Source: the human T2T-CHM13v2.0 reference genome, Homo sapiens
NCBI RefSeq assembly: GCF_009914755.1
Contig: NC_060946.1
Strand: one strand, 5' to 3'
DNA: 64,000 nucleotides
The position numbers and the translations under genes are program-made. How positions within the stretch are numbered: the stretch's first letter is position 1; each line of letters starts with the position of its first letter. Of the stretch, positions 1 to 13,600 are shown in pieces. The notes below the pieces were generated by a model, which was given only the letters and a program-made list of their open reading frames with translations, searched no databases and was not told the origin of the DNA.

Positions 1-1399
1 TCCATTCCATTCCATTCCATACCATTCCAATCCATTCCGTTCCATTCCATTCCGGTTGATTCCATTCCGTTCCATTCCGTTCCATTCCATTCCATACCAT
101 TCCACTAGGTTTGATTCCATACCATTCCATTCCATTGCATTCCATTCCATTCCATTCCACTCGGGTTGATTCTATTCCATTCCATTCCATTCCGTTCCAT
201 TCCTTTCCACTCGGGTTGATTTCATTCCATTCAATTCCGTTCCATTCCATTCCGTTCCATTCCATTCCATTTCATTCCATTGCATTCCACTCGTGTTGAT
301 TCCATTCCATTCCACTCCATTGCATTCCATTCCATTCCATTCCATAGCCTTCGAGTTGATTCCTTTCCATTCCATTCCATTCCGTACCATTCCACTCCAT
401 TCCGTTCCATTGCATTCGGGTTGATTCCGTTCCATTCCATGACCTTTTATTCCATTCCATTCCATTCTATTCCATTCCATTCCATTCCATACAATACCAT
501 TCCACCAAAGTTGATTGCATGTTATTCCATTTCATTCCATTCCATTCCATTCCATTCCATTACTTTCAACTCGGGTTGATTCCATTCCTTTCAATTCCGT
601 TCCGTTCCGTTCCGTTCCATTCCATTCCATTTCATTCAATTGCATTCCACTCGGGTTGATTCCATTCCATTCCATTCCATTCTATTCCATACCATCCGCG
701 TTGATTCCTTTCCATTCCATTCCATTCCATACCATTCCACTCCATTCCGTTCCATTCCATTCTGGTTAATTCCATTCCGTTCCATTCCGTTCCATTCCAT
801 TCCATACCATTCCACTAGGGTTGATTCCATACCATTCCATTCCATTGCATTCCATTCCATTCCATTCCACTCGTGTTGATTCCATTCCATTCCATTCCGT
901 TCCATTCCATTCCACTGCATTCCATTACATTCCATTCCACTCCAGTTAATTGCGTTCCTTTCCATTCCAATCCATTCCATTCCATTGGGGTCCATTCCAT
1001 TCCATTCCTTTCCATTCCATCCCATTCCGTTCCGTTCCTATCCATTCCTTTCAATTCCATTCCATTCCATTCCATTCATTCCTTTCCATTCCATTCCATT
1101 CTACTCGGTTTGATTCCATTCCATTCCATTCCATTCCATTCCATTCCATTCCATTCCATTCCATTAAATTCCATTCCATTCCATTCCACTCGGGTAGATT
1201 CCATTCCATTCCATTCCTTTCCATTCCATTCCATTCCACTCCTTTCCATTAGTTTCTAATCGGTTGATTCCAATCCATTCCATTATATTCAAGTCCTTTC
1301 CATTCCATGCCATTCCACTCGGGTTGTTTCCATTTTGTTGTATTCCATTCCATTCCATTGCATTCCCTTCCATTCCGTTCCATTCCATTCCATTGCATT

Positions 1400-1880
1400 C
1401 CATTCCACTCAGGTTGTTTCCTTTCCATTGCATTAGTTTCCATTCCATTCCATTCCTTTCCATTCCATTCCACTCAGGGTGATTCCATTCCTTTCCATTC
1501 CAATTCTTTCCATTCCTGTTGATACCATTGCATTGCATTGTTTCCATTCCATTCCATTCCATTCCATTCCACTCTGTTTTATTCATTTCTATTCCATTCC
1601 ATTCCATTCCATTCCATTCCATTCCATTCCATTCCTTTGCATTCCATTCCACTCAGGTTGTTTCCTTTCCGTTCCATTAGTTTCCATTCCATTCCATTCC
1701 TTTCCATTCCATTCCATTCATGGTGATCCCATTCCTTTCGATTCCAATTCTTTCCATTCCAGTTCATACCATTGCATTGCATTGTTTCCATTCCATTCCA
1801 TTCCATTCCACTCGGTTTTATTCATTTCCATTCCATTCCATTCCATTCCATTCCATTCCATTCCATTCCATTCCATTCCA
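1400..1880 (+). repeat. Diverged dimer of a ~244 bp sub-unit (also at ~18290-18700, ~21810-22240 and ~36620-37060)
   Basis: GTTGTTTCCTTTC...TTAGTTTCC...GGTGAT...AATTCTTTCC...ATACCATTGCATTGCATTGTTTCC...GTTTTATTCATTTC occurs twice, anchored at 1521 and 1765. Confidence 0.82.
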
Positions 1881-4800
1881 CAATGGGTTGATTCCATTCC
1901 ATTTCATTCCCTTTTATTCCATTCCATTCCATTCCATTCCATTCCATTCCATTCCATTCCATACCATTCCACCAAAGTTGATTGCATGCTATTCCATTCC
2001 ATTCCATTCCATTCCATTCCATTCCATTCCATTCCATTCCGTTCCTTTCCACTTGGGTTGATTCCATTCCATTCAGTTCTGTTCCGTTCCGTTCCATTCC
2101 GTTCCGTTCCATTCCATTCCATTCCATTCCATTCCATTCCATTCCATTCCATTTCATTCCATTGCATTCCACTCGGGTTGATTCCATTCCATTCCATTCC
2201 ATTCCATTCCATTCCATTCCATATCCTTCGGGTTGATTCCTTTCCATTCCATTGCATTCCATACCATTCCACTCCATTCCATTCCATTCTGGTTGATTCC
2301 ATTCCGTTGAATTTCTTTCCATTACAATCCATTGCATTCCATTCCATTCCATCCCATTCCATTCCATTCCATTCCATTCCATTCCATTCCATTCCATTCC
2401 ATTCTATTCCACTCGAGTTAATTCCATTGCTTTGAATTCCATTGCTTTCCATTCCATTCCATTCCATTCCTTTTCATTCTATTACACTTGGGTTGTTTCC
2501 ATTCCATTCATTTCTTTTCCATTCCATTCCATTCCATTCTTTTCCATTCCACTCATGTTGATTCCATTCTTTCCATTCCATTCCATTCCGTTCCATTCCA
2601 TTCCAGTTGATTCCATTGCATTCCATTCCATTCCATTCCGTTCTATTCCTTTCCGTTCCACTCGGGTTGATTCCATTCCTTTCCATTCCTTTCCATTCCA
2701 TTCCATTCCATTGCACTCGGGTTGATGCCATTCCATTCCATTCCAATCCATTTTATTCCTTTCCATTCCATTCCATTCCATTCCATACCATTCCACTGGA
2801 GTAGATTCCATAACATTCCATTCCATTGCATTCCGTTCCTTTCCATTCCATTCCATTCCACTCGTGTTGTTTCCATTCCATTCCTTTCCATTCCATTCCG
2901 TTCCATTCCTTTCCATTTGGGTTGATTCCGTTCCATTCCATTCCATTTCATTCCATTCCATTCCATTCCATTACACTCCATTCCATTCCATTCCACTCCA
3001 TTCCATTCCATTCCATTCAATTCCACTCCATTCCAATCCACTCGTGTTCATTCCATTCCATTCCATTCTTTCCCGTTCCTTTCCATTCTATTCCGTTCCA
3101 TTCCACTCCCTTACACTCGTGTTCATTCCATTCCGTTCCGTTCCATTCCATTCCATTCATTTCCATTCCTTTCCGTTGCACTCCACTCGGGTTGATTCCA
3201 TTCCATTCCATTCTATTCCATTCCGTTCAATTAAATTCCATTCCATTCCATTCCATTGCATTCCAGTTCATTCCATTCCTTTCCATTCTATTCCATTCCC
3301 TTCCATTCCATTCCATTCAATTCTATTCCGTTGCATTGGAATCGGGTTGATTCCAATCCATTCCATTACATTCCAGTCTTTTCCATTCCATTCCATTCCA
3401 CTCGGTTTGTTTCCATTACGTTGAATTGTATTCCATTCCATTCCATTCCATTCCATTGAAATTCATTGCATTTCATTCCACTCGGTTTGTTTCCTTTCCA
3501 TACCATTAGTTTCCAATAAATTCCATTCCTTTCATTCCATTCCATTCCATTCCACTCAGGTTGATTCCGTTCCATTCCATTCCATTCCATTCTAGTTGAT
3601 TCCATTGCATTCCGTGCTGTTCCATTCCATTCCAGTCCATTCGAATCCATTCCACTTGGGTTGATTCCATTCCATTCCATTCCATTCAATTACCTTCCAT
3701 TGCGTTTCACTCGGGTTGATTCCATTCCATTCCATTGCATTCCATTGCATTGCATTTCCTTCCATTCCAGTTGATTCCATTCCATTACTTTCCATTCCAT
3801 TCCATTCTATTCCACTAAGGTTAATTTCATTCGATTCCATTCCATTCCTGTTTTCCCTTCCATTCCATTCCATTCCATTCCACTCGGGTTGACTACATTC
3901 CATGCCATTGCATTCCATTGCATTCCATTCGTTTCTATTACATTCCATTCTTTTCTATTCCATTCCTTTCCACTCGAGTTGATTCCATTCCATTCTATTC
4001 CATTCCATTCTATTCCATTCCGTACCGATCCATTCCGTTCCATTCCATTTCAATCGGGTTGATTCCATTCCATTCAATTCTATTCCATTCCATTCCATTC
4101 CATTCCACTCTGATGATTCCATTCCATTCCATTCCATTCCATTTAAATTCATTGCATTGCTTTCCAGTTGAATCCATTGGATTCGATTCCGTTCCATTCC
4201 ATTCCATTCCACTCGAGTTGATTCCACTCCATTCCATTGGATTACATTCCAATTCATTCCTATCAGGTGGATTCCATTCCATTCCATTCCATTCCACTCC
4301 GGTTGATTCCATTCCGTTCCTTTCCATTCCATTCCATTCCATTCCATTCCATTCCATTCCGTTCCATTCCATTCGTGTTGATTCCATTCCATTCCACTCC
4401 AATCCATTCCATTCCATTCCATTCCATTCCATTCCGTTCCGTTCCAATCCATTCCATTCCATTCCATTCCATTCCATTCCATTCATTCCTTTCCATTCCA
4501 TTCCATTCCACTGGGGTTGATTCCATTCCATTCCATTCCATTCCATTCCATTCCATTCCATTCCATTAAATTCCATTCCATTCCATTCCACTCGGGTAGA
4601 TTCCATTCCATTCCATTCCATTCCATTCCATTCCTCTCCTTTCCATTAGTTTCTAATCGGGTTGATTCCAATCCATTCCAATATATTCAAGTCCTTTCCA
4701 TTCCATGCCATTCCACTCGGGTTGTTTCCATTTTGTTGTATTCCATTCCATTCCTTTCCATTCCATTTCATTCCATTCCATTCCGTTCCATTCCATTCCA

Positions 4801-7800
4801 TTCCATTCCATTGCATTCCATTACATTCCATTGCATTCCATTCCATTCCATTCCATTCCATTCCATTGCATTCCACTCGGGTTCTTTCCATTCCGTTCCA
4901 TTAGTTTCCATTCCATTCCATTCCTTTCCATTCCATTCCACTCAGGGTGATTCCATTCCTTTCCATTCCAATTCTTTCCATTCCATTTGACACCATTGCA
5001 TTGCATTGTTTCCATTCCATTCCATTCCACTCGGTTTTATTCATTTCCATTCCATTCCATTCCATTCCATTCCATCCCATTAATCTCGGCTTGATTCAAT
5101 TCCATTCCATTCCCTTTTATTCCATTCCATTCCATTCCATTCCATAACATTCCACCAAAGTTGATTGCATGCTATTCGATTCCATTCCATTCCATTCCAT
5201 TCCATTCCGTTCCTTTCCACTTGGGTTGATTCCATTCCATTCAGTTCCGTTCTGTTCCTTTCTGTTCCTTTCCATTCCATTCCATTTCATTCCATTGCAT
5301 TCCACTCGGGGTGATTCCATTCCATTCCATTCCTTTCCATTCCATTCCATTCCATTCCATACCCTTCGGGTTGATTCCTTTCCATTCCATTCCATTCCAT
5401 AGCATTCCACTCCATTCCATTCCATTCCATTCCATTCCATTCTGGTTGATTCCATTCCGTTCAATTTCTTTCCATTCCAATCCATTCCTTTCCATTCCAT
5501 TCCATTCCATTCTATTCCACTCGAGTTAATTCCATTCCTTTGAATTTCATTGCTTTCCATTACATTCCATTCCATTCCTTTTCATTCTATTACACTTGGG
5601 TTGTTTCCATTCCATTCATTTCTTTTCCATTCCATTCCATTCTTTTCCATTCCACTCATGTTGATTCCATTCTTTCCATTCCATTCCTTTCCATTCCATT
5701 CCATTCCACTCCAGTTGATTCCATTGCATTCCATTCCATTCCTTTCCGTTCTATTCCTTTCCATTCCACTCGGGTTGATTCCGTTCCATTCCATTCCATT
5801 CCATTCCATTGCATTCCATTTCACTCGGGTTGATGCCATTCCATTGCAATCCATTTTATTCCTTTCCATTCCACTCCTTTCCATTCCATTCCATTCCACT
5901 CGGGTGGATTCCATAACATTCCATTCCATTCCATTCCATTCCATTCCACTCTTGTTGATTCCATACCATTCCTTTCCATTCCATACCATTCTATTCCATT
6001 CGGGTTGATTCAGTTCCATTCCATTCCATTTCATTCCATTCCATTCCATTCCATTACACTCCATTCCATTCCATTCAACTCCATTCCATTCCATTCCACT
6101 CCATTCCATTCCATTCATTTCCATTCCTTTCCATTGCACTCCACTCGGGTTCATTCCATTCCATTCCATTCTATTCCATTCCGTTCAATTAAATTCCATT
6201 CCATTCCATTCCATTGCATTCCAGTTCATTCCATTCCTTTCCATTCCATTCCATTCCCTTCCATTCCATTCCATTCAATTCAGTTCCGTTGCATTGGAAT
6301 CGGGTTGATTCCAATCCATTCCATTACATTCCAGTCTTTTCCATTCCATTCCATTCCACTCGGTTTGTTTCCATTACGTTGAATTGCATTCCATTTCATT
6401 CCATTCCATTGAAATTCATTGCATTCCATTCCACTCGGTTTGTTTCCTTTCCATTCCATTAGTTTCCAATAAATTCCATTCCATTCATTCCATTCCATTA
6501 CATTCCACTCAGGTTGATTCCGTTCCATTCCATTCCATTCCATTCCATCCTAGTTGATTCCATTGTATTCCGTGCTGTTCCATTCCATTCCACTCCATTC
6601 GAATGCATTCCACTTGGGTTGATTCCATTCCTTTCCATTCCGTTCAATTCCATTCCATTGCATTCCACTCGGGTTGATTCCATTCCATTCCCTTGCATTG
6701 CATTCCATTCCATTCCATTTCCTTCCATTCCAGTTGATTCCATTCCATTCCATTCCATTCCATTCCATACCATTCCACCAAAGTTGATTGCATGCTATTC
6801 CATTCCATTCCATTCCATTCAATTCCATTCCATACCGTTCATTTCCACTTTGGTTGATTCCATTCCATTCAATTCTGTTCCGTTCCATTCCGTTCTGTTC
6901 CATTCCATTCCATTCCATTCCATTTCATTCCATTGCATTCCACTCGGGTTGATTCCATTCCATTCCATTCCATTTCATTCCATTCCATTCCATTCCATTC
7001 CATTCCATACCCTTCGGGTTGATTCCTTTCCATTCCATTGCATTCCATACCATTCCACTCCATTCCATTCCATTCCATTCTGGTTGATTCCATTCCGTTG
7101 AATTTCTTTCCATTCCAATCCACTCCATTCCATTCCATTCCATTGCTTTCCATTCCATTCCATTCCATTAATTTTCTTTCTATTATACTCGGGTTGTTTC
7201 CATTCCATTCATTTCTTTTCCATTCCATTCCATTCCTTTCCATTCCACTCATGTTGATTCCATTCTTTCCATTCCATTGCATTCCATTCCATTCCATTCC
7301 ATTCCAGTTGATTCCATTGCATTGAATTCCATTCCTTTCCATTCCATTCTATTCCTTTCCATTCCACTCTGGTTGATTCCATTCAATTCCATTCCGTTCC
7401 ATTCCATTCCGTTCCACTCGGGTTGATTCCATTCCATTCCATTCCATTCCATTCCATTCCATTCCATTCCATTCCATTTCACTCGGGTTGATGCCATTCC
7501 ATTCTGATCCATTTTATTCCTTTCCATTCCATTCCTTTCCATTCCATTCCATTCCACTCGGGTGGATTCCATAACATTCCATTCCATTCCATTCCATTCC
7601 TTTCCATTCCATTCCATTCCACTCGTGTTGATTCCATTCCATTCCTTTCCATTCCATTCCATTCCATTCCATTCGGGTTGAGTCGGTTCCATTCCACTCC
7701 ATTTCATTCCATTCCATTCCACTCCATTCCATTCCATTCCATTCCTTTCCATTCCACTCCATTCCATTCCATTCCATTCCACCCAGATTGATTCCATTCT

Positions 7801-9065
7801 TTTCCATTGCATTCCGTTCCATTCCATTCCAGTTGATTCCAATGCTTTCCATTCCATTCCATTCCATTGCATTCCATTCCACTCCATTCCACTCTGGTTG
7901 ATTCCATTCCATTCCATTCCATTCGATTCCATTCCATTCCATTCCATTCCACTCGGGTTTATTCCATTCCATTCCTTTCCATTCCATTTCACTCGGGTTG
8001 ATTCCATTCCATTCCGATCCATTTTATTCCATTCCATTCCATTCCATAACTTTCCATTCCACACGGATTAATTCCATTCCATCCCATTCCATTCCATTCA
8101 GGTTGATTCCTTTCCATTCCATTCCATCCCATTCCATTCCTCTCCATTCCATTCCATTAATTCAATTCCATTCCATTCCACTCCATTCCATTCCACTCGT
8201 GTTCATTCCATGCCATTCCATTCCATTCTATCCCGTTCCTTTCCATTCTATTCCGTTCCATTCCATTCCCTCACACTCGTGTTCATTCCATTCTGTTCCT
8301 TTGCATTCCATTCCATTCATTTCCATTCCTTTCCATTGCACTCCACTCCGGTTGATTCCATTCCATTCCATTCTATTCCATTCCGTTCAATTAAATTCCA
8401 TTCCATTCCATTCCATTGCATTCCAGTTCATTCCATTCGTTTCCATTCCATTCCATTCGCTTCCATTCCATTCCATTCCCTTCCATTCCATTCCATTCCA
8501 TTCCATTCCATTGCATTGGAATCGGGTTGATTCCAATCCATTCCATTACATTCCAGTCTTTTCCATTCCATTCCATTCCTCTCGGTTTGTTTCCATTTCG
8601 TTGAATTGCATTCCATTCCGTTCCTTTCCATTCCATTCCATTCCATTCCATTCCATTGAAATTCATTGCATTTCATTCCACTCGGTTTGTTTCCTTTCCA
8701 TTCCATTAGTTTCCAATAAATTCCATTCCATTCATTCCATTCCATTCCATTCCACTCAGGTTGATTCCATTCCATTCCATTCCATTCCATTCCATTCCAT
8801 TCTAGTTGATTCCATTGCATTCCGTGCTGTTCCATTCCATTCCACTCCATTCGAATCCATTCCACTTGGGTTAATTCCATTCCATTCCATTCCATTCAAT
8901 TACCTTCCATTGCATTCCACTCGGGTTGATTCCATTCCATTCCATTGCATTCGATTCCATTCCATTCCATTGCATTTCTTCCATTCCATTCCATTCCACT
9001 CCATTCCATTCCATTCAATTCAATTCCACTCCATTCCAATCCACTCGTGTTCATTCCATTCCATT

Positions 9066-9155
9066 CCATTCTTTCCCGTTCCTTTCCATTCTATTCCGTT
9101 CCATTCCATTCCATTCTTTCCCGTTCCTTTCCATTCTATTCCGTTCCATTCCACT
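9066..9155 (+). repeat. Private 45 bp tandem duplication
   Basis: CTTTCCCGTTCCTTTCCATTCTATTCCGTT is at 9071 and 9116. It is single at ~27515, ~42735, ~53072 and ~63405. Confidence 0.88.
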
Positions 9156-9529
9156 CCCTTACACTCGTGTTCATTCCATTCCGTTCCGTTCCATTCCATT
9201 CCATTCATTTCCATTCCTTTCCATTGCACTCCACTCGGGTTGATTCCCTTTCATTCCATTCCATTCCATTCCTTTCCATTAGTTTCTAATCGGGTTGATT
9301 CCAATCCATTACATTATATTCAAGTCCTTTCCATTCCATGCCATTCCACTCGTGTTCTTTCCATTTTGTTGTATTCCATTCCATTCCATTCCATTGCATT
9401 CCATTCCATTCCATTCCATTCCATTGCATTCCATTCCATTGCAATCCATTCCACTGGGGTTGCTTCCATTCCGTTCCATTAGTTTCCATTCCATTCCATT
9501 CCTTTCCATTCCATTCCATTCCATTCCAT

Positions 9530-10620
9530 ACCATTCCATCAAAGTTGATTGCATGTTATTCCATTCCATTCAATTCCATTCCATTCCATTCCATTCCTTT
9601 CCTTTCCACTCGGGTTGATTCCATTCCATTCAATTCCGTTCCGTTCCTTTCCATTCCATTCCATTCCAGTTCATTCCATTGCATTCCACTCGGGTTGATT
9701 CCATTCCATTCCGTTCCATTCCATTCCATTCCATACCATTCCATTCTATTCCCTTCAGGTTGATTCCTTTCCATTCCATTCCATTGCATACCATTCCACC
9801 CCATTCCGTTCCATTCCATTCGCGATGATTCCGTTCCATTCCATGCCCTTTTATTCCATTCCATTCCATTCCATTCCCTTCCATACCATTCCACCAAAGT
9901 TGATTGCATGTTATTCCATTCCATTCCATTCCATTCCATTCCATTCCATTCCATTCCACTCGTGTTGATTTCATTCCATTCAATTCTGCTCCGTTCCATT
10001 CCGTTGCATTCCATTGTATTTTATTCCATTGCATTCCACTCGTGTTGATTCCATTCCATTCCATTCCATTCCATTGCATTCCATTCCATTCCATTCCGTA
10101 CCCTTCGAGTTGATTCCATTCCATTCCATTCCATTCCATACCATTCCACTCCATTCCGTTCCATTCCATTCGGGTTGATTCTGTCCCATTCCATGACCTT
10201 TTATTCCATTCCATTCCATTCCATTCCATTCCATTCCATTCCATTCCATTCCATTCCATTCCATACCATTCCACCAAAGGTGATTGCATGTTAATCCATT
10301 CCATTCCATTCCATTCCATTCCATTCCTTTCCACTCAGGTTGATTCCATTCCTTTTGATTCCGTTCCGTTCTGATCCATTCCATTCGATTCCATTCCATT
10401 CCGTTTCATTCCATTGCATTCCACTCCGGTTGATTCCATTCCATTCCATTCCATTCCACTGCATTCTATTCCATACCCTTGGGGTTGATTCCTTTCCAGT
10501 CCATTCAATTCAACACCATTCCACTCCATTCCGTTCCATTCTATTCGTGTTGATTCCATTCCATTCCGTTCCATTCCATTCGATTCCATACCATTCCACT
10601 AGGGTTGATTCCATACCATT
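9530..10620 (+). repeat. Diverged trimer of a ~355-380 bp sub-unit
   Basis: AAAG(T/G)TGATTGCATGTTA occurs at ~9541, ~9896 and ~10277. Each copy is followed by CAATTC(C/T)G or a variant, TACCCTT..GTTGATT and, in the first two, CCATG(A/C)CCTTTTATT. Confidence 0.8.
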
Positions 10621-13600
10621 CCATTCCATTGCATTCCATTCCATTCCATTCCACTCGGGTTGATTCCATTAAATTCCATTCCATTCCATTCCTTTCCATT
10701 CCATTAGTTTCTAATCGGGTTGATTCCAATCCATTCCATTATATTCAAGTCCTATCCATTCCATGCCATTCCACTCGGGTTGTTTCCATTTTGTTGTATT
10801 CCATTCCATTCCATTCCATTCCATTCCATTCCATTCCATTCCATTCCATTCCTTTCCATTGCATTCCATTCCACTCGGGTTGTTTCCATTCCGTTCCATT
10901 AGTTTCCATTGCATTCCATTCCTTTCCATTCCATTCTATTCCATTCCATTCCATTCCATTCCTTTCCACTCAGGGTGATTCCATTCCATTCCATTCCAAT
11001 GCATTCCATTCCCGTTGATACCATTGCATTGCATTGTTTCCAGTCCATTCCATTCCATTACACTACATTCCATTCCAGTCGGTTTGATTCATTTCCATTC
11101 CATTCCATTGCATTCCTCTCGGGTTGATTCCATTCCATTCCATTCCATTGCATTCCATTCCATTCCATTGCATTCATTTCCATTCCATTCCACTCGTGTT
11201 TATTCCCTTCCATTCAATTCCATTCCATTCCATTCCATTCCATTTCATGCCATTCCATTCCATTGCATTCCATTCCATTCCATTCCACTCGTGTTGATTC
11301 CCTTCCATTCCATTCCATTCCATTCCACTTGAGTTGATTCTATTCCATTCCTTTACATTTCATTCCATACCATTCCATTCCATTCCATACCATTCCATTC
11401 CATTCCATTCCGTTCCATTCCATTCGTGTTGATTCCATTCCATTCCATTCCACTCCATTCCAATCCATTACATTCCACTCGGGTTGAATACATTCCTTTC
11501 CATTCTATTCCATTCCATTCCTCTCCAATCCATTCCATTCCATTCAATTCCACTTGGATTCAATCTATTTTTTCCATTCCATTCCGTTCTGTTCCATTCC
11601 ATTCCATTGCATTAGATACCATTCCATTCCACTCGGGTTGATTCCATTCCGTTACTTTCCATTTTATTCCATTCCATTCCATTCCATTCCATTCCATTCC
11701 ATTCCACTCCATTCCATTCCACTGCAATCCATTCCACTCCACTCCGGTTGATGCCATACAATTCCATTCCATTTCATTCCATTCCATTTCACTCAGGTTG
11801 ATTCCATTCCATTCCATTCATTTTTATTCCATTCCTTTCCGTTCCATTCCATTCCGTTCCATACCATTCCACTCTGGTTGATTCCATACCATTCTATTCC
11901 ATCCCATTCCATGAAATTCTACTCCATTCCATTCCACTCGTGTTGATTCCTTTCCATTCCATTCCATTCGGTTTTTTTCCATTCCATTCCATTCCATTCC
12001 ACTCCATTCCATTCAATTTCACTCGGATGGATTCCATTCCATTCCATTCCAATCCATTCCATTCCATTCCATTCCTTTCCATTCGGGTTCATTCCATTCC
12101 ATTCCATTCCATTTCATTCCTTTCCATTCGGGTTCATTCCATTCCATTCCATTCCATTCCATTGCATTCCGTTCCATTCCATTCCAATCCATTCCATTCC
12201 ATTCCACTCGGGTTGATTCCATTTCGTTCCTTTCCATTCCATTCCATTCCATTCCATTCCATTCCATTCCATTCCATTCCATTCAATTCGTGTTGATTCC
12301 ATTCCATTCCACTCCAATACATTCCATTCCATTCCTTTCCACTCGAGTTGATTCCATTTCTTTCCTTTCCATTCCATTCCATTCCGTTCCATTCAATTCG
12401 TGTTGATTCCATTCCATTCCGCTAAAATCCATTCCATTCCATTCCAATCCATTGCATTCCATTCAATTCCACTCGCATTCAATCTATTCCATTGAATTTC
12501 ATTCCGTTTTGTTCCATTCCATTCCACTGCATTCCATACCTGTCCATTCCACTCAGGATGATTCCGTTCCATTCCATTATATTCGGTTCCATTCCATTCC
12601 ATTCCATTCCATTCAATTCCACTCTGGTTGATTCCATTCCATTCCATTGCGTTCCATTCCATTCCACTCGGGTTGTTTCCATTTCATTCCTTTCCATTTC
12701 ATTCTATTCCATTCCATTCCATTCCATTCTATTCCATTCCATTCCACTCCTTTCCATTCCATTCCTCTCCGGTTATTCCATTCCATTCCATTCCATTCCA
12801 TTCCATTCCATTCCATTCCATTCGGTTTGTTTCCATTCCATTCCATTCCATTTTATTCCATTCCATTCCATTCCATTCCATTCCATTACATACCATTCCA
12901 CTCGGGTTGATTCCATACCATTCTATTCCATTCCATTTCATTAAATTCCATTCCATTCTATTCCACTCGGTTAGATTCCATTCCATTCCATTCCATTCCA
13001 TTCCATTAGTTTTTAATTGGGTTGATTTCAATCCATTCCATTATATTCCAGTCCTTTCCATTCCATGCCATTCCACTCGAGTTCTTTCCATTTTGTTGTA
13101 TTCCATTCCATTCCATTCCATTCCATTCCATTCCATTCCATTCCATTGCATTCCTTTGCATTCCATTCCACATGGGTTTTTTCCATTCCGTTCCATTAGT
13201 TTCCATTCCATTCCATTCCTTTCCATTCGATTCCATTCCATTCCATTCCATTCCATTCCATTTCTTTCCACTCAGGGAGATTCCATTCCATTCCATTCCA
13301 ATGCATTCCATTCCAGTTGATGCCATTGCATTGCATTGTTTCCTTTTGATTCCATTCCATTCCATTCCATTCCATTCCATACCATTCCATTCCATTCCAT
13401 ACCATTCCATCAAAGTTGAGTGCATGCTATTCCATTCCATTCCATTCCTTTCAATTCAATTCCATTCCTTTCCACTTGGGTTGATACCATTCCATTCAAT
13501 TCCGTTCCGTTCCGTCCCGTTTCGTTCCATTCCATTTCATTCCATTGCATTCCACTCAGGTTGATTCCATTCCATTCCATTCCATTGCATTCCATTCCAT

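Larger units (their letters stand above)
1..9280 (+). repeat. Partial, more diverged and longer variant of the higher-order unit
   Basis: Same landmark order as ~35.3-42.9 kb (1251~36450, 3331~38506, 4646~39835, 8511~42205). It differs by many substitutions and carries two extra segments (~466-680 and ~5320-6830). Confidence 0.85.

Noticed and set aside
2431-3470. Canonical inverted heat-shock elements around GAATTC / GAAATTC words
   Set aside because: The spacing does not match GAAnnTTC in the instances I read. The array offers only head-to-tail nGAAn units.
7998-9482. Longest ORF (494 aa, + strand)
   Set aside because: It has a non-ATG start and pure satellite translation, and it is broken into shorter ORFs in the homologous copies (26.3-27.7 kb, 41.7-43.1 kb).
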